A DNA stretch of 64,000 bases from Alphaproteobacteria bacterium (lineage in GTDB: Bacteria; Pseudomonadota; Alphaproteobacteria; JAJFIK01), in the NCBI GenBank assembly GCA_050331455.1, contig JBHJGV010000058.1, forward strand, positions 7,324 through 71,323, in the 5' to 3' direction. The translations under genes and the position numbers were made by a program. Of the stretch, positions 1 to 7,993 are shown one piece after another. The notes below the pieces were generated by a model that made no database searches, was not told the origin of the DNA, and worked only from the letters and a program-made list of their open reading frames with translations. Each line of letters opens with the position of its first letter. The stretch's first letter is position 1.

Positions 1-1601
1 GCCGCGGTGATCCGGAACTCACCATGCCGCGCCGCACGTCGCTGCTCTCTCCGATGGCGAGCATGCTGCGGGACCAGCAGGGATCGGTGGCCCTTTCAGC
101 CACCTCGAACCGGGTGATCCTGGACTCCATCGGTGCGCGCCTGGACGAATCCCGGGAAATCACGCGCTACACTGCCAATTTGTTGATCTTTCTCGGCATT
201 CTCGGGACGTTTTGGGGGCTTCTGCAGTCCACGGGCGCCATCCAGGGCACGCTTGAAGCCATCAGCGTGGGCGGTGGGTCGCCCGAAGCGGCCTTTGAAG
301 ACCTTCAACAAGGCCTGACCGGTCCCTTGGCGGGCATGGATACGGCCTTTTCCTCTTCCCTGTTCGGCATTTCCGGGTCCTTGATTCTAGGGTTTTTGGG
401 GCTGCAGGCCGCGCAGGCGCAAAACCGCTTCTACAACGACTTCGAGGAATGGCTCAGCACCATCACCCATATCGGCGGAACCGGCCTGGGCGAGGGTCCG
501 GCGGGAGCGACGGCGACACCGGACATGATGGGCATGCTGGATGCCAATATGCGCCATATTGACGCACTCCGACAGACCATTGCCCAAGCCGAGGAGCGCC
601 GCGCCGCCACGGAACAGTGGATCGTCCAGACCACCCAGAACCTGTCGGCCATGGATGAGGTCATCCGGTCCCAGCGGGACTTGATCGGCGGCCTTGCGGC
701 CCTCTCCAAGGATCAGGCCGTCCAGGCCGAAGAGCGCCATCGCCAGCATATGGAAATGCTCCAGGCAATCGCCGTTGCGACCCGCCAGTCCGCCGAGCAC
801 GGCGGCGGCGGTGCCCTCGCCCCGGCGGCCGGCGGCGGTGGCGGCGTCAATCTCAGCGGCATCGGACAGGCCCTCACGCAACTCGCGGCGGCGACCCAGC
901 AGTCCGATGAAAAGCTGGGCAAGACGCTGATGTCGCTGCGGGAGATCGCGGCCCGGCTGCTCCAGCACGCGGAACGGGGCACCGGCGATCAGACCGTCCA
1001 GGCGCTCAAGGATCTGAACGGATCCATTCTGCATCTCGTGTCCGTGACCCAGGGCCAGGGCGCCCCTGTTGTGCCCGTCGATGGGGACGGGGCATCCGCC
1101 CCCGCGCCGGTCATGCCCATGGACCCGTCCCTCCTGCGCGAACTCAATGCCCGTCTCGACCGGCTGGTGGCTCGCGCGGACGAGCAGCACGATGCCGGGG
1201 TCGACAAGGCCAGCCTCGAGACCCTGCGCAGCCTCGACAAGACCGCAAGTCGCATCCTGCAAAGCGCCGAGGCCCTGGCGGATCACGGTCAGTCCGGCGA
1301 AGGCGGCGGCAATGGCCTGGGCGGCAACGGCAACGGGCGCCAGGATCTGCAGCCCTATCTCCAGGAACTCGTGACCCATGCCCGGGGCTCCCATGAGCGG
1401 GAGATCCTGGAAGCCCTGCGCAGCATCAACACCATCGCCCATTCCTTGCGGGAACTCGCCGAGGAAAGCCGCTCCGATCTTCTGAAGGAACTGCGTTCTG
1501 AAATGAAGATCCTGACCAAGACCATCGCGGCCCTGATCATCGAGGGCCGGCGCGGCGGTGACGGTGGCGGCGCGGCCTCCACCCGTCCGGACAGGGGGTA
1601 A
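1..1601 (+). CDS. MotA/TolQ/ExbB-family proton-channel protein, C-terminal part, with a roughly 400-aa helical and Gly-rich cytoplasmic tail. The reading frame is open to base 1, so the N-terminus lies upstream of the window.
   Basis: Two hydrophobic helices (ITRYTANLLIFLGILGTFWGLL and LAGMDTAFSSSLFGISGSLILGFLGL) typical of the MotA/ExbB C-terminal TM pair. A long tail follows with heptad-like charged segments and Gly-rich linkers (HGGGGALAPAAGGGGG, GEGGGNGLGGNGNG). No in-frame stop between base 1 and the first ATG. Five nucleotides separate it from the next gene. Confidence 0.6.
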   Translation, partial: RGDPELTMPRRTSLLSPMASMLRDQQGSVALSATSNRVILDSIGARLDESREITRYTANLLIFLGILGTFWGLLQSTGAIQGTLEAISVGGGSPEAAFEDLQQGLTGPLAGMDTAFSSSLFGISGSLILGFLGLQAAQAQNRFYNDFEEWLSTITHIGGTGLGEGPAGATATPDMMGMLDANMRHIDALRQTIAQAEERRAATEQWIVQTTQNLSAMDEVIRSQRDLIGGLAALSKDQAVQAEERHRQHMEMLQAIAVATRQSAEHGGGGALAPAAGGGGGVNLSGIGQALTQLAAATQQSDEKLGKTLMSLREIAARLLQHAERGTGDQTVQALKDLNGSILHLVSVTQGQGAPVVPVDGDGASAPAPVMPMDPSLLRELNARLDRLVARADEQHDAGVDKASLETLRSLDKTASRILQSAEALADHGQSGEGGGNGLGGNGNGRQDLQPYLQELVTHARGSHEREILEALRSINTIAHSLRELAEESRSDLLKELRSEMKILTKTIAALIIEGRRGGDGGGAASTRPDRG

Positions 1602-1606
1602 CGGCC

Positions 1607-2704
1607 ATGGCCGGACGCTATGGCCGAACCCGCGACACGTCCGGAGATTACTGGCCGGGCTTCGTGGACGCGCTCGCCACGCTGGTCCTGGTCATCACCC
1701 TGCTGATGACCTTGTTCGTCCTTGCGAAATATGTGCAGGACCAATTCGCCTCGCGCCTCGACACCGCCAATCAGCGGCTCCAGGAGCAGATCGCACAACT
1801 CAGCAATCTGCTAAGCCTGGAGCAGCAGGAAAAGGACAGCCTGAGCGCCGAAATCGCGGAACTGCGCGCGACCCTCGCGGCACGCACCAACGAAGCGGAG
1901 GCCTTGTCGGCGCAACTCGCGGGCCTGGAGGAGCCCGAGGCCGACCCGGTGTTTGGCCCCTCCCTCGCCACGCCATTGGCCGAGCCGGACCCCGAACCCG
2001 ACGCAGTGGCGGATCTTGAAAGCCGCATGACGACCCTGCGCACCCAGCTTGATGAGGAGCGCCAGGCCAAGTCGGCCGCGGAGGCCCAACTTGCCCTTCT
2101 CAATCGCCAAATGAGTGCCCTGCGCACCCAGATCGCCAGCCTTCAGGCCGCGCTCGATGCTGCAGAAGAACGGGACCGGGAGAACAAGGCGACCATTGCC
2201 GATCTCGGCAAGCGCCTGAACACCGCCCTGGCCCAGAAGGTCCAGGAACTGGCGAAATACCGGTCGGAGTTTTTCGGCCGCCTGCGCGATGTCATGGCGG
2301 ACCGGGACAATATCCGCGTCGAAGGCGACCGCTTCGTGTTCCAGTCCGAGGTCCTGTTCGGTTCCGGCACGGCGGAAATCAATGCCGAGGGCAAGCGCCA
2401 GTTGCGCAAGCTTGCGGCCGCCCTGCGCCAGCTCGAAAGCGACATTCCCGAAGAACTGGCCTGGGTGCTGCGGATCGATGGCCACACCGACGATCGGCCG
2501 ATCCGCACGACTCAGTATCCCAGCAACTGGCATTTGTCCGCCGCCCGCGCCATTTCGGTGGTCGAGTTCTTGCGCAATCAGGGCATCGACGGCGAGCATC
2601 TGATCGCGGCGGGTCTCGGCTCCTTCCACCCGCTGGATCGCGGCACGTCGGAAGACGCCTACCGGCGCAATCGTCGGATCGAGTTGAAGCTCACTCAACG
2701 CTGA
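1607..2704 (+). CDS. MotB/OmpA-family protein: N-terminal MotB-like TM anchor, about 200-aa coiled-coil linker, C-terminal OmpA-like peptidoglycan-binding domain
   Basis: N-terminus WPGFVDALATLVLVITLLMTLFVL resembles the MotB plug/TM region. The central region is rich in heptad A/L/E/Q/R. The C-terminus LRIDGHTDDRPIRTTQYPSNWHLSAARAISVVEFL...RRNRRIELKL matches OmpA/MotB C-terminal motifs. Confidence 0.75.
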   Translation: MAGRYGRTRDTSGDYWPGFVDALATLVLVITLLMTLFVLAKYVQDQFASRLDTANQRLQEQIAQLSNLLSLEQQEKDSLSAEIAELRATLAARTNEAEALSAQLAGLEEPEADPVFGPSLATPLAEPDPEPDAVADLESRMTTLRTQLDEERQAKSAAEAQLALLNRQMSALRTQIASLQAALDAAEERDRENKATIADLGKRLNTALAQKVQELAKYRSEFFGRLRDVMADRDNIRVEGDRFVFQSEVLFGSGTAEINAEGKRQLRKLAAALRQLESDIPEELAWVLRIDGHTDDRPIRTTQYPSNWHLSAARAISVVEFLRNQGIDGEHLIAAGLGSFHPLDRGTSEDAYRRNRRIELKLTQR

Positions 2705-2764
2705 AACCCACGCAGGGTTGATCCCGGCCGGCATTCGGGCCGGCTGGATCGGGCTGGCGGCGCA

Positions 2765-2938
2765 TCACGCCATGCCGGCCAGCCGCATCACTGCATAACC
2801 CAGGATCACAAAGCCCGCGCCGTAAAGAACGCGGCGCAAAGTGCGGCTCGGCCCCAGCCGGCGATTGGCGATCATCAGCACCGCCCAGATGGCCGTCGCG
2901 AGGCCCAGCACGACCGCGCCGTCATCGAAGACGCCCAT
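2765..2938 (-). CDS. Small hydrophobic protein (57 aa, two predicted TM helices). Not in the ORF track because it falls below the length cutoff.
   Basis: Minus-strand translation is MGVFDDGAVVLGLATAIWAVLMIANRRLGPSRTLRRVLYGAGFVILGYAVMRLAGMA. A GGAGGG motif sits 4 nt upstream of the ATG. It starts 30 nt after the stop of the upstream permease gene. Confidence 0.35.
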   Translation of the reverse strand: MGVFDDGAVVLGLATAIWAVLMIANRRLGPSRTLRRVLYGAGFVILGYAVMRLAGMA

Positions 2939-2968
2939 GGCACCCTCCCTTTTTGTCCGCGCGGACCG

Positions 2969-3907
2969 TCACGCGCTGCGATCCTTTGGATCGAAGGCAT
3001 CGCGCAGACCGTCCCCGATATAGTTGAAACAGAACAGCGTCACCGCCATGAAGCCGGCAGGAAACACAAGCGTCCACCAGGCCGTGTCCATTTGCGGGGC
3101 GCCTTCGGAGATGAGCCGCCCCCAGCTCGTCATGGGCTCCTGCACGCCGAGACCGAGATAGCTCAGAAAGCTCTCCACCAGGATCACCGTAGGCACCGTC
3201 AGGGTGGCGTAGATCATCACCACACCGATGACATTGGGCAGAATGTGGCGGCGCAGGATCGTCACTGTATCGACGCCGGTGGCCCGGGCCGCCTCGATGA
3301 ATTCCTTCTGGCGGATCGACAGGGTCTGGCCGCGCACAATGCGCGCCATGGTCAGCCATTCAATGGCGCCGATGGCGACGAACAGCAGGATGAAATTGCG
3401 CCCGAACACCGTGATCAGGATGATGACGAAAAACACAAAGGGCAGTGAATAGAGAATGTCCACAAAGCGCATCATCAGTGTATCGACGCGCCCGCCCAGA
3501 TATCCGGCCGTTGCTCCGTACAACACGCCGATCACCAGGCTGACGGCCGTGGCGACGATACCGATGGCGAGCGATACCCGCGCCCCCCACAGGGTGCGCA
3601 CGAAAATATCCCGCCCCGTGCCGTCCGTCCCAAAAATATGACCGTTGCTGAAGGAGGGCGCCCGGCTGATGGCGCCCCAATCGGTCCCCTCCAGGGTGTA
3701 GGGGCTGAGCCAGGGCCCGACAATGGCCAGCAGCGCGATGACGCCGAGGACGCCGAGGCTGACCATGGCCGCACGGTTGCGCCGGAGGCGGGCCAGGGCA
3801 TCGTCCCACAGGCTGCGCCCCTCGACCGGCGCTCGCTCCTCCGGCTCGCCCTGCACCAGGACCGGCGCGGGGCCCTCGGGCTCCGTGGACAGGGATGTGG
3901 AGGTCAT
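2969..3907 (-). CDS. ABC transporter permease, DppC/OppC-like (oligopeptide/dipeptide family)
   Basis: Six-TM BPD_transp_1 pattern. Conserved permease loop LSIRQKEFIEAARATGVDTVTILRRHILPNVIGVV typical of OppC/DppC. Confidence 0.85.
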   Translation of the reverse strand: MTSTSLSTEPEGPAPVLVQGEPEERAPVEGRSLWDDALARLRRNRAAMVSLGVLGVIALLAIVGPWLSPYTLEGTDWGAISRAPSFSNGHIFGTDGTGRDIFVRTLWGARVSLAIGIVATAVSLVIGVLYGATAGYLGGRVDTLMMRFVDILYSLPFVFFVIILITVFGRNFILLFVAIGAIEWLTMARIVRGQTLSIRQKEFIEAARATGVDTVTILRRHILPNVIGVVMIYATLTVPTVILVESFLSYLGLGVQEPMTSWGRLISEGAPQMDTAWWTLVFPAGFMAVTLFCFNYIGDGLRDAFDPKDRSA

Positions 3908-3997
3908 GGCGTGCTTGGCTCCCTTTTTGCGGGTCGCGTGGGGCCGGCAATCCCCCTGGCCCGTCCGTGCTGTTCGCCCGTCAGTCCTCTTGGCCCA

Positions 3998-4924
3998 TCA
4001 ATCGATGCGCACCCGGGGATCGAGGGCGGCCAGCAGCAGATCGGCCAGCATGTTCAGTATGATGATGAGGCTCGCATAGAACACCACAACACCCATCACC
4101 AGCGTGTAGTCCCGCTGGATGGCCCCCACGACGAAATAGCGCCCGATGCCCGGAAGCTGGAAGATCTGTTCGATGATCAAGGATCCCGTGACCAGGGCCG
4201 CTGCCGCCGGGCCCAGATAGGCCACCAGGGGCAGAAGACCGCCCCGCAGGGCATGGCGCAAAATCACCTGATGTTCCGGCAATCCCTTGGCCCGGGCGGT
4301 CCGCACGAAATTAGAGCGCAGCACCTCGATCATGCCGCCGCGGGTCAAGCGAGCGATGATGGCGATCTGGGGCAGGGCGAGCGCCGTGACGGGCAAAATC
4401 ATATGATCGAGAGCACCGCCGCCCCACCCCCCGGTCGGTAGGACTCGGAGGCCGATGCCGAAAACCAGGGTGAGCAGCGGCCCTATCACGTAATTGGGCA
4501 CCGTGATGCCGACCATGGCCGTGCCCATGACCGCATAGTCCACCGGCGAGTTCTGTCGCATGGCGGCCACGGTTCCCAGGAGGGTCCCGATCATCAGGGC
4601 GACGGCCAAGGCGGTGAAGCCGAGCCGCGCGCTGACCGGCGCGCCGCGCAGGATCAATTCACCGACCGTGAAGTCCTTATAGGTGAAGGACGGGCCGAAA
4701 TCGCCCCGGGAAAGGCGGCTGAGATAGATGGCGAACTGGACCGGCAGGGGCTTGTCCAGGTCATAGGCGGCCTTGACATTGGCCTCGATTTCCGACGGGA
4801 GCTGGCGCTCCTTGTCGAAGGGGCCACCCGGTGCCAGCCGCATCATGAAGAATGCGAGTGCGATGATGATCAGCAATGTCGGAATGGCGAAAAGAAACCG
4901 CCGCAGGATCAAGACGCCCATTCG
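3998..4924 (-). CDS. ABC transporter permease, DppB/OppB-like. The track ORF extends to 5035, but the likely start is the internal Met of MGVLILRRFLFAIPTL.
   Basis: N-terminus ILRRFLFAIPTLLIIIALAFFMMRLAPGGP, EAA-type loop TARAKGLPEHQVILRHALRGGLLP, and C-terminal ALDPRVR are typical of DppB/OppB. Confidence 0.85.
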   Translation of the reverse strand, partial: RMGVLILRRFLFAIPTLLIIIALAFFMMRLAPGGPFDKERQLPSEIEANVKAAYDLDKPLPVQFAIYLSRLSRGDFGPSFTYKDFTVGELILRGAPVSARLGFTALAVALMIGTLLGTVAAMRQNSPVDYAVMGTAMVGITVPNYVIGPLLTLVFGIGLRVLPTGGWGGGALDHMILPVTALALPQIAIIARLTRGGMIEVLRSNFVRTARAKGLPEHQVILRHALRGGLLPLVAYLGPAAAALVTGSLIIEQIFQLPGIGRYFVVGAIQRDYTLVMGVVVFYASLIIILNMLADLLLAALDPRVRID

Positions 4925-5276
4925 GGTTTGCGTTCCCTCGTCAATCGGTCCATATCGCGCCATCCGGTCATCGAATGCGGCGGTACCATAAACCGTCCCA
5001 TCTTCATGGCCGTCCGTCAAAAGCCCTATACTCATGGGGACAAGGCGTCGCCCGATGGGCCCGGACGCGGGACGGGCCGAACGGGTGCAAGGCGGATCGG
5101 CTCGAAACCCGCGAACCCGCGCTCCGAAATGCGGGCGCCTTTTTGACAGACCGTGAGCGCCTGGTCACGAAGGATCAGGCGCTGAAGAGGTCCGGTGCCG
5201 AAACCAGCGTGTTTTACACGCGGTGTCTTACAAAACGTGTTTCTGGCTGTTCCGTTTCACCTTGAGGGGAGTTCCC

Positions 5277-6644
5277 ATGCAACGATCGACCGTGCACGAG
5301 ACCTGGTCATCCCGATTTACCTTTGTGATGGCTGCCGTCGGTTCGGCCGTCGGCCTCGGCAATTTCTGGCGTTTCCCCTATGAGGCGGGCCAGAACGGGG
5401 GCGCGGCCTTCGTGATCGTCTATCTGGTGGCGGTCTTTTTCATCGCCTTGCCCGTGTTGATGTCCGAATATGTCATCGGCCGGCGCACGGGGCTGTCCTC
5501 CATCGGCGCCTATGAAGCCCTGGCCAAGGAAGCCGGCTATTCCCCCCTTTGGAAGGTCGCCGGATGGGTCGGCATGATCGCCGCCTTCTTGATCGTGACC
5601 TTCTATAGCATGATCGCCGGCTGGGTGATGGCCTATGTGCCGATCTTCTTCTCCGGCGACATCGACGGCATTTCCTACGCCCAGGCGGAGGCCAAGTTCG
5701 GCGAACTGGTCAGCAACCCCTCCTGGGTGCTGGGCTGGCACACGGCGTTCATGGGTCTGACGGCCTTCGTGGTGGCCCGGGGCCTGCGCGGCGGCATCGA
5801 GGTTGCGGCCAATGTCCTGATGCCGGCTTTCTTCATCATGCTGCTCGGCATGGTCCTCTACGCGGCTATCGTGGGCAATCTCGGCGCGGCGATCCAATTC
5901 CTCTTCACGCCGGATTTCTCCAAGCTCTCGGTGCAGATGTTCATTGAAGCCATCGGCCAGGCCTTTTTCTCCGTGGGCGTCGGCTCCGCCATCATGATCA
6001 CCTATGGCGCCTATCTGACCCGCGAGGAGAAGATCGCCAGTTCCGCAATCACCGTGGTCGGCGCGGATACCTGCGTGGCGCTGCTCGCGGGCCTTGCGAT
6101 TTTCCCCCTCGTATTCGCGGTGCCGAGCCTCGAGGCCAATGGCGGGCCGGGCCTGTTGTTCCAGACCCTTCCGGCCGCCATCGGGCAATTGCCGGGTGGG
6201 TCCTATGTGGGTGGCATCTTCTTTACCCTGGCCTTTTTCGCGGCTCTGACCTCCGCTATTTCCCTGTTCGAGCCCGTCGTGGCCTGGTCCGAGGACAAGC
6301 TGGGTCTCCACCGGCCCGAAGCGTCCCTGCGCTGGGGGATCGTGGCCTGGGGCGTGGGGATCGGCTCGGTCCTGTCCACCAGCGTGTGGTCGGATTTCTA
6401 CCCACTGAATTTCGGCCCGTTCACCGAGAAGACGTTCTTCGATGTGCTCGACATCCTCACCTCGAATTTCCTGCTGCCCATCAGCGGAATCGTGGTGTCG
6501 GTTTTCACCGGCTGGGTCATCTCGGAAAAGGTCATGCGCGACGAGCTGGAACTGTCCGAACCCCTGTTCCGGGCCTGGCAGGTCATGGTGCGCTATGTGA
6601 TCCCCCTGGTGATCGGCACACTTCTGATCCTCCTGAACTTTTGA
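5277..6644 (+). CDS. Sodium-dependent transporter, SNF/NSS family
   Basis: GLGNFWRFPYEAGQNGGAAFVIVYLV motif and 11-12 TM helices. GAGGGGA RBS upstream of the ATG at 5277. The track ORF starts 18 codons earlier. Confidence 0.85.
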   Translation: MQRSTVHETWSSRFTFVMAAVGSAVGLGNFWRFPYEAGQNGGAAFVIVYLVAVFFIALPVLMSEYVIGRRTGLSSIGAYEALAKEAGYSPLWKVAGWVGMIAAFLIVTFYSMIAGWVMAYVPIFFSGDIDGISYAQAEAKFGELVSNPSWVLGWHTAFMGLTAFVVARGLRGGIEVAANVLMPAFFIMLLGMVLYAAIVGNLGAAIQFLFTPDFSKLSVQMFIEAIGQAFFSVGVGSAIMITYGAYLTREEKIASSAITVVGADTCVALLAGLAIFPLVFAVPSLEANGGPGLLFQTLPAAIGQLPGGSYVGGIFFTLAFFAALTSAISLFEPVVAWSEDKLGLHRPEASLRWGIVAWGVGIGSVLSTSVWSDFYPLNFGPFTEKTFFDVLDILTSNFLLPISGIVVSVFTGWVISEKVMRDELELSEPLFRAWQVMVRYVIPLVIGTLLILLNF

Positions 6645-6667
6645 TCCCGCGACACAACACCGTGAGG

Positions 6668-6702
6668 CCCCGCCGCAGCACATCCTGCAGCGGGGCTTTT
6701 TT
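6668..6702 (+). terminator. Rho-independent terminator downstream of the SNF transporter gene
   Basis: CCCCGCCGCAG ... CTGCAGCGGGG stem (one mismatch) followed by CTTTTTT. Confidence 0.6.
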
Positions 6703-6744
6703 CCGGTCGCGCCCGGTTAAAGAGCCAGAAATCTCGGGGAACGA

Positions 6745-6810
6745 AGACCCTTGGGATTAAAGACCCTGGGGATCCAAGACCCTGGGGATCCAAGACCCTG
6801 GGGCGGATCA
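6745..6810. repeat. 16-bp tandem repeat, about 4 copies (GACCCTGGGGATCCAA; first and last copies degenerate)
   Basis: Read directly: gacccttgggattaaa / gaccctggggatccaa / gaccctggggatccaa / gaccctggggcggatcaa, in the convergent intergenic region. Confidence 0.7.
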
Positions 6811-6886
6811 AGGCGCGCCTGTGCAAAGACGCACCGCAATGGGTGCGCCCTTCTCGATTATGAATGCGTTTTTGAAACCAGAGGTG

Positions 6887-7630
6887 TCAGTCGACGGACG
6901 GGGGCGGCATGTGAACACGGCCATGATCGGACAGGTCCGGGCGGTGGGAGGGTGCACCCGCCGGGGTCAAAAGGCCGCTGACGATGGCCATGGCCGCCGC
7001 CTCCGTGCGGTTGCGCACTTTCAGACTGCGCAGGATTGCGTTGACGTGCAGCTTCACCGTGGCGAGGGCAATGCCCAGTTCGCCGGCGATTTCCTGATTG
7101 GACTGGCCCAGGGCGAGCAGTTGGAGCACATCCCGCTGACGCGGCGTCAGATGGGAGATGTCCGAATCCGATCCGCCGTCCGAGTCCGCCGATCCGTTGG
7201 ACGATCCAGTGCTATGGCCATTGTCAAGCGCTGATTCGACAGGCAGATCCTCGGGAATGTAGCGACCGCCCGCGAGAATTTTTTCCACGGCCCGGGCAAA
7301 GGTTCCCGCGGAAATGTTCCGGGCCACGATGCCTTGCGCGCCCGCGCGCATCACTTCGCGCAGCATGCGGACATCGAGCATGGAGACGAGGGCAAGCACC
7401 GGCACATTGGGCGCTTCGGCGATGAAGTCGCGGATGGCCCGCGGCACGCCGCAAACCGGCCGCTCGACACAGATGATCGCCAGATCGAGCGCCGGGGTTT
7501 CGCTCACCACATCCAAGGCCTGTTCGATGCTCGACGCGTTATGGAGTTCGCCGGGCCCATGGTAGTGACGCAGTACGGAAGCCACGCCGTCCGCAAAAAG
7601 TGGCTGATGATCCACGACAAGCGCGCGCAT
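6887..7630 (-). CDS. LuxR/FixJ-family response regulator (receiver plus LuxR HTH) with an atypical receiver domain
   Basis: C-terminal LTPRQRDVLQLLALGQSNQEIAGELGIALATVKLHVNAILRSLKV is a LuxR-type HTH. N-terminal receiver fold present. AAAGGAAGG RBS before the ATG. Confidence 0.85.
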   Translation of the reverse strand: MRALVVDHQPLFADGVASVLRHYHGPGELHNASSIEQALDVVSETPALDLAIICVERPVCGVPRAIRDFIAEAPNVPVLALVSMLDVRMLREVMRAGAQGIVARNISAGTFARAVEKILAGGRYIPEDLPVESALDNGHSTGSSNGSADSDGGSDSDISHLTPRQRDVLQLLALGQSNQEIAGELGIALATVKLHVNAILRSLKVRNRTEAAAMAIVSGLLTPAGAPSHRPDLSDHGRVHMPPPSVD

Positions 7631-7993
7631 GGCCTTCCTTTCCCGAATGCCCCATTTGCCAGTCGTCGTTTTGGGACATCTCGACGTATTCCGGGACCTC
7701 CCGCAAGCCGACGTCCGGTCCAGGGAGCCCGTGAGGGGCTGGACTCCCCGTCTGCAGGCGCGTTGTCGGTCGAATTGCCAGTTCAGCCTGCATAAACGAC
7801 ACCCTAGACCTGCGGCTGGGATAGGACGTTGATATGGATCAAGGGCAAAAATGTCGCAGCGGTATCGGTCGCGATCTCGCCCTTGCCGGGCCCCGTGACG
7901 TTCCGGGGTTTTGCCGCTAGATCAGGGCGGTCAATCCAATCGCCGCCATCGGAAAAAGTTTTTCCGCAGCGCCTCGAACCGGGAAGGATCGTC

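Noticed and set aside
1-2704. Considered calling the MotA-like/MotB-like pair a Zorya anti-phage system
   Set aside because: No ZorC/ZorD/ZorE-like effector follows; the next genes are convergent ABC permeases. The MotB-like partner has a long periplasmic coiled coil not seen in ZorB. Kept only as an architectural analogy.
5307-6683. 458-aa ORF on the minus strand
   Set aside because: Antisense to the SNF transporter gene, whose plus-strand frame carries the family motifs.
6745-6810. Possible CRISPR array
   Set aside because: Direct repeats are only 16 bp and contiguous with no spacers, and there are no cas genes in the window. This is a simple tandem repeat.
7891-7912. Short hairpin CCCCG-N8-CGGGG followed by TTTT in the antiporter leader
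   Set aside because: The stem is only 5 bp, too weak to call a terminator or attenuator without further evidence.
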